64,000 bases of DNA from Candidatus Cloacimonadales bacterium (GTDB lineage: Bacteria > Cloacimonadota > Cloacimonadia > Cloacimonadales > JAFGVF01), in the NCBI GenBank assembly GCA_963678315.1, contig OY782781.1:1152001-1216000 (forward strand), in the 5' to 3' direction. Made by a program: the position numbers and the translations under genes. The notes under the pieces are model-generated. The model did not search any database, was not told the origin of the DNA, and worked only from the letters and a program-made list of their open reading frames with translations. Of the stretch, positions 50,074-60,234 are shown one piece after another (the first letter of the stretch is position 1; the number at the start of each line of letters is the position of its first letter).

Positions 50074-50556
50074 TTATTTAATAGTTGTAGGGATATTGTT
50101 TCTGCGAAGTTTCCAGATATTTCCACTTTTTCTTTTTAGAAGTCTTTTAATTTCATCCCATGTAAGTGTTCTTCTAACTTGGTGCATAGTAGCATCACCA
50201 GTATCAAAAACATCAGTTATATCAGATCTGTCATTATATGATACTTTATAAACATTATAGCGTTCTTGATTACTTAAATTTGCTATATGATAGATATTAA
50301 AGAATTGATTATCAGTATAACCTTTTACCATGAATTCATTATCATCGTCTGTGTTACCAGAAGTAATAATATATACAAAATCATCAGAAGTTGAAACATT
50401 ATCTTCCCATGAAATTCTTACATTATGATAATTATCCATATATTGAGTTAATATTGTTATTCTATTATCACTATTACTATAACTTACAAAATCTTCTGTT
50501 GCAAAAACAGATAAGCAAAAGACTGCTAATACAAGAATTAATACGATTCTTTTCAC
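50074..50556 (-). CDS. Secreted hypothetical protein
   Basis: GTG start with AAGGTG RBS, Sec signal peptide, basic C-terminus. Confidence 0.65.
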   Translation of the reverse strand: MKRIVLILVLAVFCLSVFATEDFVSYSNSDNRITILTQYMDNYHNVRISWEDNVSTSDDFVYIITSGNTDDDNEFMVKGYTDNQFFNIYHIANLSNQERYNVYKVSYNDRSDITDVFDTGDATMHQVRRTLTWDEIKRLLKRKSGNIWKLRRNNIPTTIK

Positions 50557-50650
50557 TATTTCACCTTCTTTATTCTTTTATTTACTTATAAAATAGTTAC
50601 TTACAAAAAGATGTCAAGGAAAAAGTCATTTTTCTTGATTATCCCAAGCT

Positions 50651-51143
50651 CTGGGACAGCAAGCAACAGTCTTAGCCTGTCAAAGTCCTTGCTTGCGAAA
50701 GACGAACAGCCGTTCGTCTATATAATTTGGTAAGCATGAACTATGTTCAACCTAGCGGTGGATGCTTACACTCCTATGTCCAGTCCTAAATAATTTGACT
50801 GTTTTTCGTGTTATTCGTGCTTTTCGTGGTAAACTTCTCTGTTTGCAGATAAAGCTTAGCCTTTATGTCGCCCTTTCAGTGCTTTTTTTATTTTTTAACT
50901 ATTACATGGAGGGCAAGCCTCCATGCTTAGTATATGCCACCCCTTCGGGGTTTTTATGGATAGCAACTCCTCAATTCTCCAATAAGTTTAATTCTTAATT
51001 CTACATTATCAATTCTTTGCCGGCTATCCGGCAGTAGCCGGACTAAAGGCAAAGCGTTCCCAGTAACTTTCTAAATCCTCACTCCTAACTCCGTCCTTAC
51101 TTGCCTCCTTGAAAAATCGGCTGTTTTTCAAAGAGGCAAGTAA
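50651..51143 (-). repeat. REP-like mosaic cluster E
   Basis: Leader hairpin 51094-51143, heptamers, 46-bp module, 186-bp block near-identical to 63546-63730 inverted. Confidence 0.92.
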
Positions 51144-51161
51144 TCACCAATTGTCCAGGTA

Positions 51162-51458
51162 TTAATCGTAAAGATAGATATGAAGATCTAGCTTGTCATT
51201 CTGAAAGACTATTCCTTCTGCTTCTAACCTAGCTCTTTGTTCTTGTCCAGCAATACCTTTGAGAGATATTTTACCTTGTGAATTAATTACTCTATGCCAG
51301 GGTAAATCGTATTTGTCAGAAGAACTATGAAGTAAATTGCTAACTAATCTAGCAGATCTTGGACTTCCAGCTCTTCTTGCCACTTCTCCATAGGTCAGAA
51401 CTTTACCCTCTGGTATATCTGAGATTATTCTAATAATTTCTTTTGCTAGATCTGACAT
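51162..51458 (-). CDS. Alkyltransferase-like (ATL/YbaZ) MGMT-family protein
   Basis: IPEGKVLTYGEVA, PWHRV (Trp in place of catalytic Cys), QRARLEAEG. Confidence 0.9.
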   Translation of the reverse strand: MSDLAKEIIRIISDIPEGKVLTYGEVARRAGSPRSARLVSNLLHSSSDKYDLPWHRVINSQGKISLKGIAGQEQRARLEAEGIVFQNDKLDLHIYLYD

Positions 51459-54400
51459 TGCTAGTATTGCTCCTAATAACTCTTTGATTTCTTACTTGAT
51501 TATCAGTAGTTGCTACAACTTTGAAGAACATTTTTGTCTCTAAGTCTGGGTTTTGAATGGAATATGACGTCTCTGAAGTATAGATAAAGTCCATGCCTTC
51601 TATATCAAAATCAATTATATCTGAACTATAAATCTTATATCCTATGGCGTTTTCTATTGCTGTCCATTGGAGAAGAAGCTCATTTGCAGTTGTATTTTCC
51701 GTAATGCTGACATTAGGAACTTCTAGTTGTGAATTACTAAATCCAGGTGTTGGACTAGCAAAGACTTGCCAATTATCCCCACCATCAAGTGTTCTTCCAT
51801 AAGAAGTATCGGTTTGCAGAGTAACAGCATCAATAAAGTTCATAGTAACGGCTCCAATAACACTTGTGATTATCAGCGGTTCTCCACTTGAACTAATCTT
51901 GAAGTTAGTATGAATTTCACCATTTGGAGCAGTGATATTGTTGTCAGATGCCCATATTTGGATAAACTCTTGTGGTTGCAATATGTATTCAGGGAACTGC
52001 CATTTGCTTGGATTAAGAGAATCGTCACTAAGATAATAGTCATTAAGTTGAACAGCAATTTGACCATTGTTATATATTTCAATCCAATCAGAATCATTGC
52101 CATAATAGTCTGTGAAGCCCTGACCTGTTAAAGTAGAGTTAGCACTCATAAACTCATTAATAACAATAGATGCTTGCGGTGCAGTGTCAGATACAAAGTT
52201 AGCAGTAAGGGTAATATCCCCAGATAGTGTCACTGTTATGCTATTTGTTGCTTCATTACTATCACCACTCCAACCTTGGAATGAATATCCTCTATTAGGA
52301 ATAGCTTTTATTACAATAGGGAGACCATTAAAATATAGTCCACTCCATGGATAAATGTTTGAAGTATCAACACCTGGAAGGCTTTCATTTACTCTAATTG
52401 TTGAAATTTGAATTATACCCATGCTTTCATCATTAACATTGAGAGAAACATTTGATGTACCGTCAATAAATGGGAACTTTTCAATGAAATGTTGCCTTAT
52501 GTTAGGATTTCTGTCATTTACGAAATTCCTTAAAGACTGAATTTTAGCATCCCATTCTACTAAGTTATCAGGAGAAGACCAACGCTGAGTATGATAAGTC
52601 ATCTCATGACTGATTCTCTCTTTCATCTCTTCGATTAATGGAGCAGTTCTTTCTTCTCTAAAGTTAGAGTTTAGCAAGTCAGCCATTCTGTTTATAAACT
52701 TATTCCTTACTTCTTCTGAACCAATCTTAGGACTGCTATTAGCAGGGTCATAAGGATAATCTCCAAGAAGGCTTCTAGTTAATAGTCTAAACATGTCTTG
52801 CCAGTTATCATGCCAAGTTGTAGCATCCTCAAGAGTGTTATCTGTAGCTGAACCACTATATTCACCTAAGCCACTATCCAAGTCATATAAGAGCCAACGC
52901 CATCTGCCATCATGTCCTCTTCTTGCATCTGGTTGATTAACATCAAGGTGCTTTCTCCACATCCTAAGGTTATTATAGGGCCAGTCATAGTTTGCTGCAT
53001 AGATTTCTGTTGCATAGTAATCAATAAAATTGTTAATATCAATCATGCTTGATAACTGAGCAAATGCTGTAGGTTCAGACATATCATTGTTTTCAAGGAG
53101 ATTACGTAAATCCATAAAGGCTTCATCAGTGCCATTCTCAGCTATAAACTGATTCTGATAAGCAATAATATCAACCTGATCCTCTGGAATACCATAAGTC
53201 TCTTCTATATAGTCTTCATCAAGTCTGTTTCTGATATTGTGTAAGCCCCAATATTCTCCATTAATGAAAACTACAACAGGTTTATATTGCATTCTTTCAA
53301 TATTTAAACCTCCAGCAAGATTGTGTATAAAGGCATCTCTAAAGTTAGTCTTGTTAGAGTCTTGGCCAGAGTTTCTCAGGATAAACTTATGGAACTTGTC
53401 TTGGTTATAGTCTGGGAATAGTTGGTATTCAAACATATCTCCACCATATTCATCCCTAGCATAGAGTCTTAGTGATTTTCTATTTCTTCTTGTAGAAGCA
53501 CCACCATGAATTCTAATACCACATTCACGTGCCATAGATAACTCAAGACCATTGTCAAAGTATTCAACATAAGCTGGACGTTCCCAATCAGGACCTGACT
53601 GATTATAATTAGCATTGTGCCAATCAGTATTATCTGCTTGGAAACCTGCACCGGGTACGTAAATACCTGATTCATCGCTGAAAAGATTATCTTGATCCGT
53701 TGTTATTGAGAATACAGAAAGGTCGAATCTAGAGCTTATCCCTGTTCCAATAAAGTAACTTCTAGTATCAATAGAACTTGGAACATAACCATTCTGGATA
53801 ACTCTGCATTTTAAGACTGTTGCTTTATCTACTATTGATTGGGGTTCAGTCCAGAAATCAGTTTCAGAAAGATAATCCTCTGTTCCTTCAGGAATAGTAG
53901 TTCTAATTGTAGAAATACCATTGGCTTCATTCATTCGAGACGAGATGGTTAATGGTCCAGTATATAGGTTTGATTGAGCAGTCGGTTCAGAACCGTCTAA
54001 AGTATAGTAAATAGAACCAGCAGTGTTGCTGTGTGATAAAGTTACAACTTGTGTATCTTCATAAAAACCAGCATCTAATGACACTGTGCAAGGTTCAAGA
54101 ATTGGCTGTGCAGTAGTAAAGTTTTCTGCATTAGGGGTAGGGGATAAGAAGATTGAATGATAGTGTGGGTTTTCAAATATTCTACCATAAGAAGCATCTT
54201 CAGGTATATAGACTCCTCTAATATGGTCAATTTCATTACTTGCTAGGTCAGAAAAGATTATCTTTTCTCCACTTCTACTGATACTGAAGTTAGTATGGAT
54301 TTCATCTACAATAAGGCTGTCTTTGTTAGAACACCAAAGTAGGTAGTAACTATTAGGATCAAGTATTAATTCTGGGAACTTCCACTTGTTCAAATCTGTT

Positions 54401-57342
54401 TCATCATCCGTTAACATAAATTGGTTGAGATTAATTGGATAGTCTTTTTGGTTCCATAACTCTATCCAATCACTGTAATCTCCTTCTGCATCAGCAAGAA
54501 GTGTTTCATTGTCTGAACACACTTCATTTAGATAGATGGCTTCACTAAAGTTGTAGCTTAATTCATTGTTATTTCCTGGACTTGGATAAGCAACTTCTTC
54601 CCATTGAGAGATATTGTCCCAGCGCCTAGCTTTTGAATAGTTATTGCCACTTACACTGCAAGGAACAGAGTCAATTACACTAATGCTATCAAAGTGTGAC
54701 AGATACAAGGTCTCAGTAGAACTGAGCTTGAAGTTAGTATGCATATATCCATGGTCATCTTGCCTATCTTTGTTATCAGCCCAAAAGAGTAAAATTTCAT
54801 TAGGGTTAATAATTTTATCTTCAATTAACCATTTACCTAGGTTGTTAATATCATCAGAAAGATAGAGTCCATCTAAATCAATTGCATCTAGTCCATAATT
54901 AATGAGTTCGAACCAGTCTCCATCATCTCCTTCATGGTCATCAAAATAATTATCATTAGAAGACATTACTTCGTTAATATAGAGACTATAGTCAGGTAGT
55001 TGATACATAGGATTTAAGAGTCCTGGTGAAGGGGCTAGATACTCATAAATCAAATCACTACCATTTGGATAACGACCCAGACTATAATCAATATCTGTAG
55101 CTTCTGCATAGAAAGTGTTTATGACAGTCTGTCCATCACTAGCCACCAGAATTACTTCTTCTCCTTCCGAAGAGATTGAGAAGTTAGTATGAATTTCATT
55201 ATTTGCGTAAGTTGTATCTGCTCCACTGCACCAAAAAAGAGCTACACTATTAGCAGGAAGTAGAGTATTAGGAATCTGCCATTTTGTATAGTTTTGCCAG
55301 TTATCAGAAAGGTACATTCCACCTAGATTCACAGTTTGATTAGACGCATTGTATATTTCTATCCAGTCAGAAGAAATACCAGTGTAATCTAAATCTTCAA
55401 GTTCACCGTTATTCTTAACTTCATTGATGAAGATATCTTCTATAGGCGCACCATTCAAATTATCTGTGTATGGTGTTGGGGTATTAGAGATTTGCCATGT
55501 ATTATTTAACAGACTATATGATTGATTGTCTCCTAAAATGGAAGTAGTAATATTCGAGTAGTTTCCTCCATCTAAGCCAGTAAGAATAAGGTCTTCACCA
55601 CTTGCTGAAATAGAAAAATTAGTATGGTTCTTCTTGTCTTTTCCAGATGCCCAAACTACATGATATTCATTAGGAAGCAAGGCAATATTAGAAAATTGCC
55701 ACTTGTTTGCTTCAGCCATATCATCGCTTAGTGAGAAGTAGTTAAGATTTATAGGAAATAAGCCATTGTTATGCAATTCTATCCAGTCTGAATAGTTTCC
55801 ATCGTTATCAGTAATAAAGTTCTGGTTCTTAGCCATAACCTCAGTAATTTGAACATCTATACCGCTTGATTGGACTTGATTAAGGCTTCCTGGTGTAGGA
55901 ATTGAAAAGACATTGTGAAACTCAGAGTTAAAAGATGCTCTTCCAAAAGAATAATCAGCTGGAATATCAATAGCTTTGACTGAGTCAATTATGGTTTCGT
56001 AGTCAACAAAAGTTAAATAAACACTTTCACCATCATTATTTAGCTTGAAGTTGGTATTAAGTCCTGGCAATGGGTATTGTTGGTTACACCAGACAACTAT
56101 TCTTTGTCCAGCGGGAATTATAGTATCAGGGAAGGTCCATTTGGTAAGGTCATCTCTATCATCTGATAGAAAATAATTGCTAAGGTCCAAGCTTTCTGTA
56201 CCGGCATTGTATAGCTCAATCCAATCTGATTGCTGACCAAAGCTATCTAAGTAATTAGAATGTGTCCACGAATTATTATTATACATGACTTCTGAAATAT
56301 ATAAATCATTTGGTAATTCATTTGTAGGAGTATTATCATGAAGGAACTCTGTATAACCTATTTCCCATAAGTTAGTATCTGTAGCAGTCCCTCCGTCAGA
56401 AGAGTACCAAACTTTGAAGTTAAGGTGATTATTGATTTTGTATGGAAGAATTGTTGAACGGTAGATATTGTTATCCCAAGCATTCTGTACACCCTGTAAA
56501 ATAGGGCTATCAGCCATAGTCCAATTTATACCATTATCTGAAACAGCTAGATATAAATCACCACCTCTAGGTGCTCCTGAAGGTCCAACAGAAGATAGCA
56601 TATAATATTTCCCATCAATATAAGTTACATCAAGGTGCCATATCTCAAAGCTTCCAGCAATTACGCCTAGGTCTGTAGCTATAGGATCTGACCAGCCACT
56701 AGTAAGATTATCAGAAGTCCTCAAATTAATAGTTCTAGGACTAGTCTTTGTGTTTACTGTCCACATCTTATATTCATTATCGTCTCTTACTAAAGCAGGA
56801 GAAATAACCCTTTCAGTGGAATATCCATCAGTCTCAAGTAAAAATTGATTATCACTCCAGTTGATACCATCAGTAGAATAGACGTATCTGATAGTTTCAT
56901 ATCTCCAACCAGTATGCTCTCTCCAAAATACATACATGGTTTGATTGTCTTCTGACATAATAATATCAGGATCTGAATGATAGTAATTGTTTGGATTGTA
57001 GGAATCATTAAAAGGAGTCATTATTGGATTTACTAACCCTTCAGGTGCTAGCCAGTTTAATCCATCTTGTGAAACTGCTATGGAAGGATTCTCAAATTGA
57101 GCGTTAGAGTTAGGGAATGGTGTGTAAGCCATCCAGTATTGGTAGCCTTGCCAGCCTTCTTCAAAATAAACTACATCTGGGTGAACAACTTCATTGTTAC
57201 CTTCAACATAGGATTCTATTGCTAAAGGTTCATCAGCATTATCAGCTTGATAACCATTTATATCTTGATGAATAACAATACTATACAGGTTTACGACCTG
57301 AAACAAAATAAAACAGCAAATATTTATCAACAACCTTTTCAT
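51430..57342 (-). CDS. Large secreted protein: N-terminal beta-propeller-like domain, 6 lamin-tail domains, CotH kinase
   Basis: Signal peptide; six I(N/S/T)E...DW.E..N...LSD/LTD...P(T/S)P..N modules; IYYTLDGSEP; RIHGG, FINGEYWG, DWPYNN, WLLYDLD. Confidence 0.88.
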   Translation of the reverse strand: MKRLLINICCFILFQVVNLYSIVIHQDINGYQADNADEPLAIESYVEGNNEVVHPDVVYFEEGWQGYQYWMAYTPFPNSNAQFENPSIAVSQDGLNWLAPEGLVNPIMTPFNDSYNPNNYYHSDPDIIMSEDNQTMYVFWREHTGWRYETIRYVYSTDGINWSDNQFLLETDGYSTERVISPALVRDDNEYKMWTVNTKTSPRTINLRTSDNLTSGWSDPIATDLGVIAGSFEIWHLDVTYIDGKYYMLSSVGPSGAPRGGDLYLAVSDNGINWTMADSPILQGVQNAWDNNIYRSTILPYKINNHLNFKVWYSSDGGTATDTNLWEIGYTEFLHDNTPTNELPNDLYISEVMYNNNSWTHSNYLDSFGQQSDWIELYNAGTESLDLSNYFLSDDRDDLTKWTFPDTIIPAGQRIVVWCNQQYPLPGLNTNFKLNNDGESVYLTFVDYETIIDSVKAIDIPADYSFGRASFNSEFHNVFSIPTPGSLNQVQSSGIDVQITEVMAKNQNFITDNDGNYSDWIELHNNGLFPINLNYFSLSDDMAEANKWQFSNIALLPNEYHVVWASGKDKKNHTNFSISASGEDLILTGLDGGNYSNITTSILGDNQSYSLLNNTWQISNTPTPYTDNLNGAPIEDIFINEVKNNGELEDLDYTGISSDWIEIYNASNQTVNLGGMYLSDNWQNYTKWQIPNTLLPANSVALFWCSGADTTYANNEIHTNFSISSEGEEVILVASDGQTVINTFYAEATDIDYSLGRYPNGSDLIYEYLAPSPGLLNPMYQLPDYSLYINEVMSSNDNYFDDHEGDDGDWFELINYGLDAIDLDGLYLSDDINNLGKWLIEDKIINPNEILLFWADNKDRQDDHGYMHTNFKLSSTETLYLSHFDSISVIDSVPCSVSGNNYSKARRWDNISQWEEVAYPSPGNNNELSYNFSEAIYLNEVCSDNETLLADAEGDYSDWIELWNQKDYPINLNQFMLTDDETDLNKWKFPELILDPNSYYLLWCSNKDSLIVDEIHTNFSISRSGEKIIFSDLASNEIDHIRGVYIPEDASYGRIFENPHYHSIFLSPTPNAENFTTAQPILEPCTVSLDAGFYEDTQVVTLSHSNTAGSIYYTLDGSEPTAQSNLYTGPLTISSRMNEANGISTIRTTIPEGTEDYLSETDFWTEPQSIVDKATVLKCRVIQNGYVPSSIDTRSYFIGTGISSRFDLSVFSITTDQDNLFSDESGIYVPGAGFQADNTDWHNANYNQSGPDWERPAYVEYFDNGLELSMARECGIRIHGGASTRRNRKSLRLYARDEYGGDMFEYQLFPDYNQDKFHKFILRNSGQDSNKTNFRDAFIHNLAGGLNIERMQYKPVVVFINGEYWGLHNIRNRLDEDYIEETYGIPEDQVDIIAYQNQFIAENGTDEAFMDLRNLLENNDMSEPTAFAQLSSMIDINNFIDYYATEIYAANYDWPYNNLRMWRKHLDVNQPDARRGHDGRWRWLLYDLDSGLGEYSGSATDNTLEDATTWHDNWQDMFRLLTRSLLGDYPYDPANSSPKIGSEEVRNKFINRMADLLNSNFREERTAPLIEEMKERISHEMTYHTQRWSSPDNLVEWDAKIQSLRNFVNDRNPNIRQHFIEKFPFIDGTSNVSLNVNDESMGIIQISTIRVNESLPGVDTSNIYPWSGLYFNGLPIVIKAIPNRGYSFQGWSGDSNEATNSITVTLSGDITLTANFVSDTAPQASIVINEFMSANSTLTGQGFTDYYGNDSDWIEIYNNGQIAVQLNDYYLSDDSLNPSKWQFPEYILQPQEFIQIWASDNNITAPNGEIHTNFKISSSGEPLIITSVIGAVTMNFIDAVTLQTDTSYGRTLDGGDNWQVFASPTPGFSNSQLEVPNVSITENTTANELLLQWTAIENAIGYKIYSSDIIDFDIEGMDFIYTSETSYSIQNPDLETKMFFKVVATTDNQVRNQRVIRSNTSNVRSSKRNY

Positions 57343-57397
57343 TAAACTCTCTCCAAAGCTTTTTTATTTCTTTAATTAAATTTATATCTTTTAAGTT

Positions 57398-57426
57398 AAT
57401 ATAGTTTAAAGTGAGATAATTGTCAA
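57398..57426 (-). promoter_or_regulatory. Sigma70-type promoter
   Basis: TTGACA-N17-TATATT. Confidence 0.6.
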
Positions 57427-57757
57427 TATTTTATATATCCTAAATGTTGATAGTCCATAAGATAATTCATTTAATTCTACATAATATGGTTTTCATTTCT
57501 ATATTTAGAATTGATTATATTGCAGTAAATAATTAATTACAGTTTAAAAGAAAAAACCTTGTTATTGATAACTATCAAAAAGCTCACTACAACTTCTTAA
57601 ATTATTACCTTCATAACAAGGTTTTAAACTATATTCACTAAATTACAAATCTGGCACTTAAACATATATAAGGGACGATATGAGTAAGTTTGCTCGTGCC
57701 TAGTATATTAGCTAAATATACAATAATCCGAAAAGTTTGTTTTATCAATTGATATCT

Positions 57758-57878
57758 AGTGAGTGGTGAGTTGTTCAAGTTGAGTGGTAAAAAAAGATAT
57801 TGGATGGTTGGAAGAAAGACTATTGATAATCTTGGGTCTCCTGCATAAAATGCCAAATTAATGCAGGGGGCAAGTAAG
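57758..57878. repeat. Small REP-like cluster G
   Basis: Leader-type hairpin 57831-57878 related to 4684-4726, plus degenerate AGTGGTG heptamers. Confidence 0.7.
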
Positions 57879-57905
57879 CTTTTAGTCTTTTACAAAGAAA
57901 AGTCC

Positions 57906-57943
57906 AAAAAAAAAGGTTACCGTCTCTCACCTCGGTAACCTTT
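57906..57943 (-). terminator. Intrinsic terminator of fusA
   Basis: AAAGGTTACCG/CGGTAACCTTT stem plus T-run on minus strand. Confidence 0.85.
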
Positions 57944-57973
57944 ATTAACTTAAAAAGGGGGATTTATTATTAT

Positions 57974-60049
57974 TTATTTCTTATCTTGATTATTCTTTCT
58001 AATCTCTTCTAACATCTTTTCTTCCATTTGTTTTGGAACTCTTTTGTAAGAAGCGAACTCTAATGAGAATTCAGATTTACCTTGAGTTAAAGATCTTAGA
58101 ACAGTTGGGTAACCAAAGATTTCTGATAATGGAACTTCAGCGATAACTCTTGTGAAAGCATCATCAATTTCAGTATCAAGAACGATACCACGTCTTTGGT
58201 TGATAGAGCCCATCACGTTTCCTCTAAATTCAGAAGGAGTTTCGATTTCAATCTTCATGATAGGTTCCATTATATAAGGACTTGCCTTTCTATAAACTTC
58301 TTTGAAAGCAGCTTTTGTAGCAACTTCGAAAGCCATTTGTGAAGAGTCAACTGGGTGATAAGAACCATCGTTAAGTTCTAATTCAACACCAACAACAGGG
58401 AAACCTGTTAACTCACCTTTTTCAAGAGAAGCTCTAAAACCTTTCTCTACTGAAGGGATGTATGTACCAGGAATTACACCACCAGTGATCTTATCAAGGA
58501 ATGATGAATCACCTTCAACAGGTCTGATAAGACCAGCAATCTTAGCAAACTGTCCACGACCACCAGATTGTTTTTTGTGAGTATATGAGAATGCTGTTTC
58601 CACACCAATAGATTCTCTATAAGAAACTTCTGGTTGTCCAGTTTCGATATCAACTTTATATTCTCTTTTCATTCTTTCAATATAAACATCTAAGTGAAGT
58701 TCACCCATACCAGAAATGATTGTTTGACCTGATTCTTCATCAGTTCTATATCTGAAAGTAGGGTCTTCTTTGGTGAATCTATTTAAAGCTTTACCCATGT
58801 TGTTAAGAGATTTCTTATCTTTACAGGTAACAGCTAAAGAGATGATAGGTTCAGGAACGTACATTGATTTAAGTGAAATCTTTCTATCACCAGAAACAAA
58901 AGTATCACCTAATGAACAATCAACACCGAAGATAGCGATAATATCACCTGCTTCACCTTGGTTGATATCTTCCATAGAATCAGAGTGCATTCTGATAAGT
59001 CTACCAACTTTGATTCTCTTGTTAGAAGAAATATTAGTAATGTCAGAACCTTTCTTTAAAGTACCTTGATAGATTCTAACATAAGTAAGCTGACCATAAA
59101 CTTGGTTATCAAGTTTGAAAGCCATAGCTACTAAGTCTTCTTCTGGAGAATGAGAAAGTTCGATTTCAACATCACCATTATCAACATCGAATGCTTTGTT
59201 AGTAACATCGTTTGGAGCAGGTAAATATGTCAAAACAGCATCAAGAAGTGTTTGAACACCTTTGTTTTTATAAGCAGTACCCATGAATACAGGTGTTAAA
59301 TCTCTAGAGATTGTACCAATTCTAACTGCTTCATTGATTTGTTCTTCAGTTTCGTTACCTTCTAAGAAAGCTTCCATTAATTCTTCTGAGAACATAGATG
59401 CTTCATTGATAAGCTCTTCTCTTTTTTCTTCTGCTAAGTCAACTAAATCAGCAGGAATATCTGCATATACTATTTCGTCGCCCTTAGGACCTTCATAGTA
59501 AACAGCTTTCATTTTAACAAGGTCAACAACACCTTCAAACTTTTCACCTGTTCCGATAGGTAATTGCATCATTACAGCGTTTCTTCCTAATTTCTCTCTA
59601 ACTTGAGAAGCAACTTTGAAAGGATCTGCACCTTGTCTATCCATTTTATTAACGAATACAACGTTTGGAACTTCATATCTTTTTAACTGTCTGTCAACAG
59701 TGATAGTTTGAGACTGAACACCACCAACACTACAAAGAACAAGAATAGCTCCATCAAGAACTCTAAGAGCATTCTCAACCTCAATTGTGAAGTCAACGTG
59801 ACCAGGTGTGTCAATGATGTTTATATCGTAATCTTTCCAGCTAACACTTGTAGCAGCTGAAGCAATTGTGATTCCTCTCTCTTTTTCTAATTCCATTGAA
59901 TCCATTGTTGCACCAACACCATCTTTACCACGAACTTCATGAATTGCATGAATTTTTCCTGTATAATACAAGATTCTTTCAGTTAAGGTTGTCTTTCCTG
60001 AATCAATGTGAGCACTGATTCCAATGTTCCTTAATTTTGTAATGTCCAT
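57974..60049 (-). CDS. fusA: Elongation factor G
   Basis: [50 protein letters not shown]. Confidence 0.97.
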   Translation of the reverse strand: MDITKLRNIGISAHIDSGKTTLTERILYYTGKIHAIHEVRGKDGVGATMDSMELEKERGITIASAATSVSWKDYDINIIDTPGHVDFTIEVENALRVLDGAILVLCSVGGVQSQTITVDRQLKRYEVPNVVFVNKMDRQGADPFKVASQVREKLGRNAVMMQLPIGTGEKFEGVVDLVKMKAVYYEGPKGDEIVYADIPADLVDLAEEKREELINEASMFSEELMEAFLEGNETEEQINEAVRIGTISRDLTPVFMGTAYKNKGVQTLLDAVLTYLPAPNDVTNKAFDVDNGDVEIELSHSPEEDLVAMAFKLDNQVYGQLTYVRIYQGTLKKGSDITNISSNKRIKVGRLIRMHSDSMEDINQGEAGDIIAIFGVDCSLGDTFVSGDRKISLKSMYVPEPIISLAVTCKDKKSLNNMGKALNRFTKEDPTFRYRTDEESGQTIISGMGELHLDVYIERMKREYKVDIETGQPEVSYRESIGVETAFSYTHKKQSGGRGQFAKIAGLIRPVEGDSSFLDKITGGVIPGTYIPSVEKGFRASLEKGELTGFPVVGVELELNDGSYHPVDSSQMAFEVATKAAFKEVYRKASPYIMEPIMKIEIETPSEFRGNVMGSINQRRGIVLDTEIDDAFTRVIAEVPLSEIFGYPTVLRSLTQGKSEFSLEFASYKRVPKQMEEKMLEEIRKNNQDKK

Positions 60050-60234
60050 TTTGTTTCCTTTTTTTTATTCCTTTGATTATTAATTTCATTTTTGTTTCGA
60101 CTTATTGAGTTGCAAAAAAAAAATTTGATTCTAATTTAGCAAGAAAAAAAATATTTACAATTTATTGATGATAAATTTATTGTTGTCTAAAATACTGTAA
60201 ATTTGGAATAAAAATGACATAGGAGAGCTCTTTT

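Noticed and set aside
50074..50170. LTWDEIK as a TWGxIK-like C-terminal sorting motif
   Set aside because: Weak match, lacks Gly and is followed by over 20 residues; single instance.
50762..50998. 78-aa ORF and its 66-aa twin at 63512-63712 as a duplicated small protein
   Set aside because: Both lie within the 185-bp repeat block, have different starts and ends and no RBS; the similarity comes from the DNA repeat.
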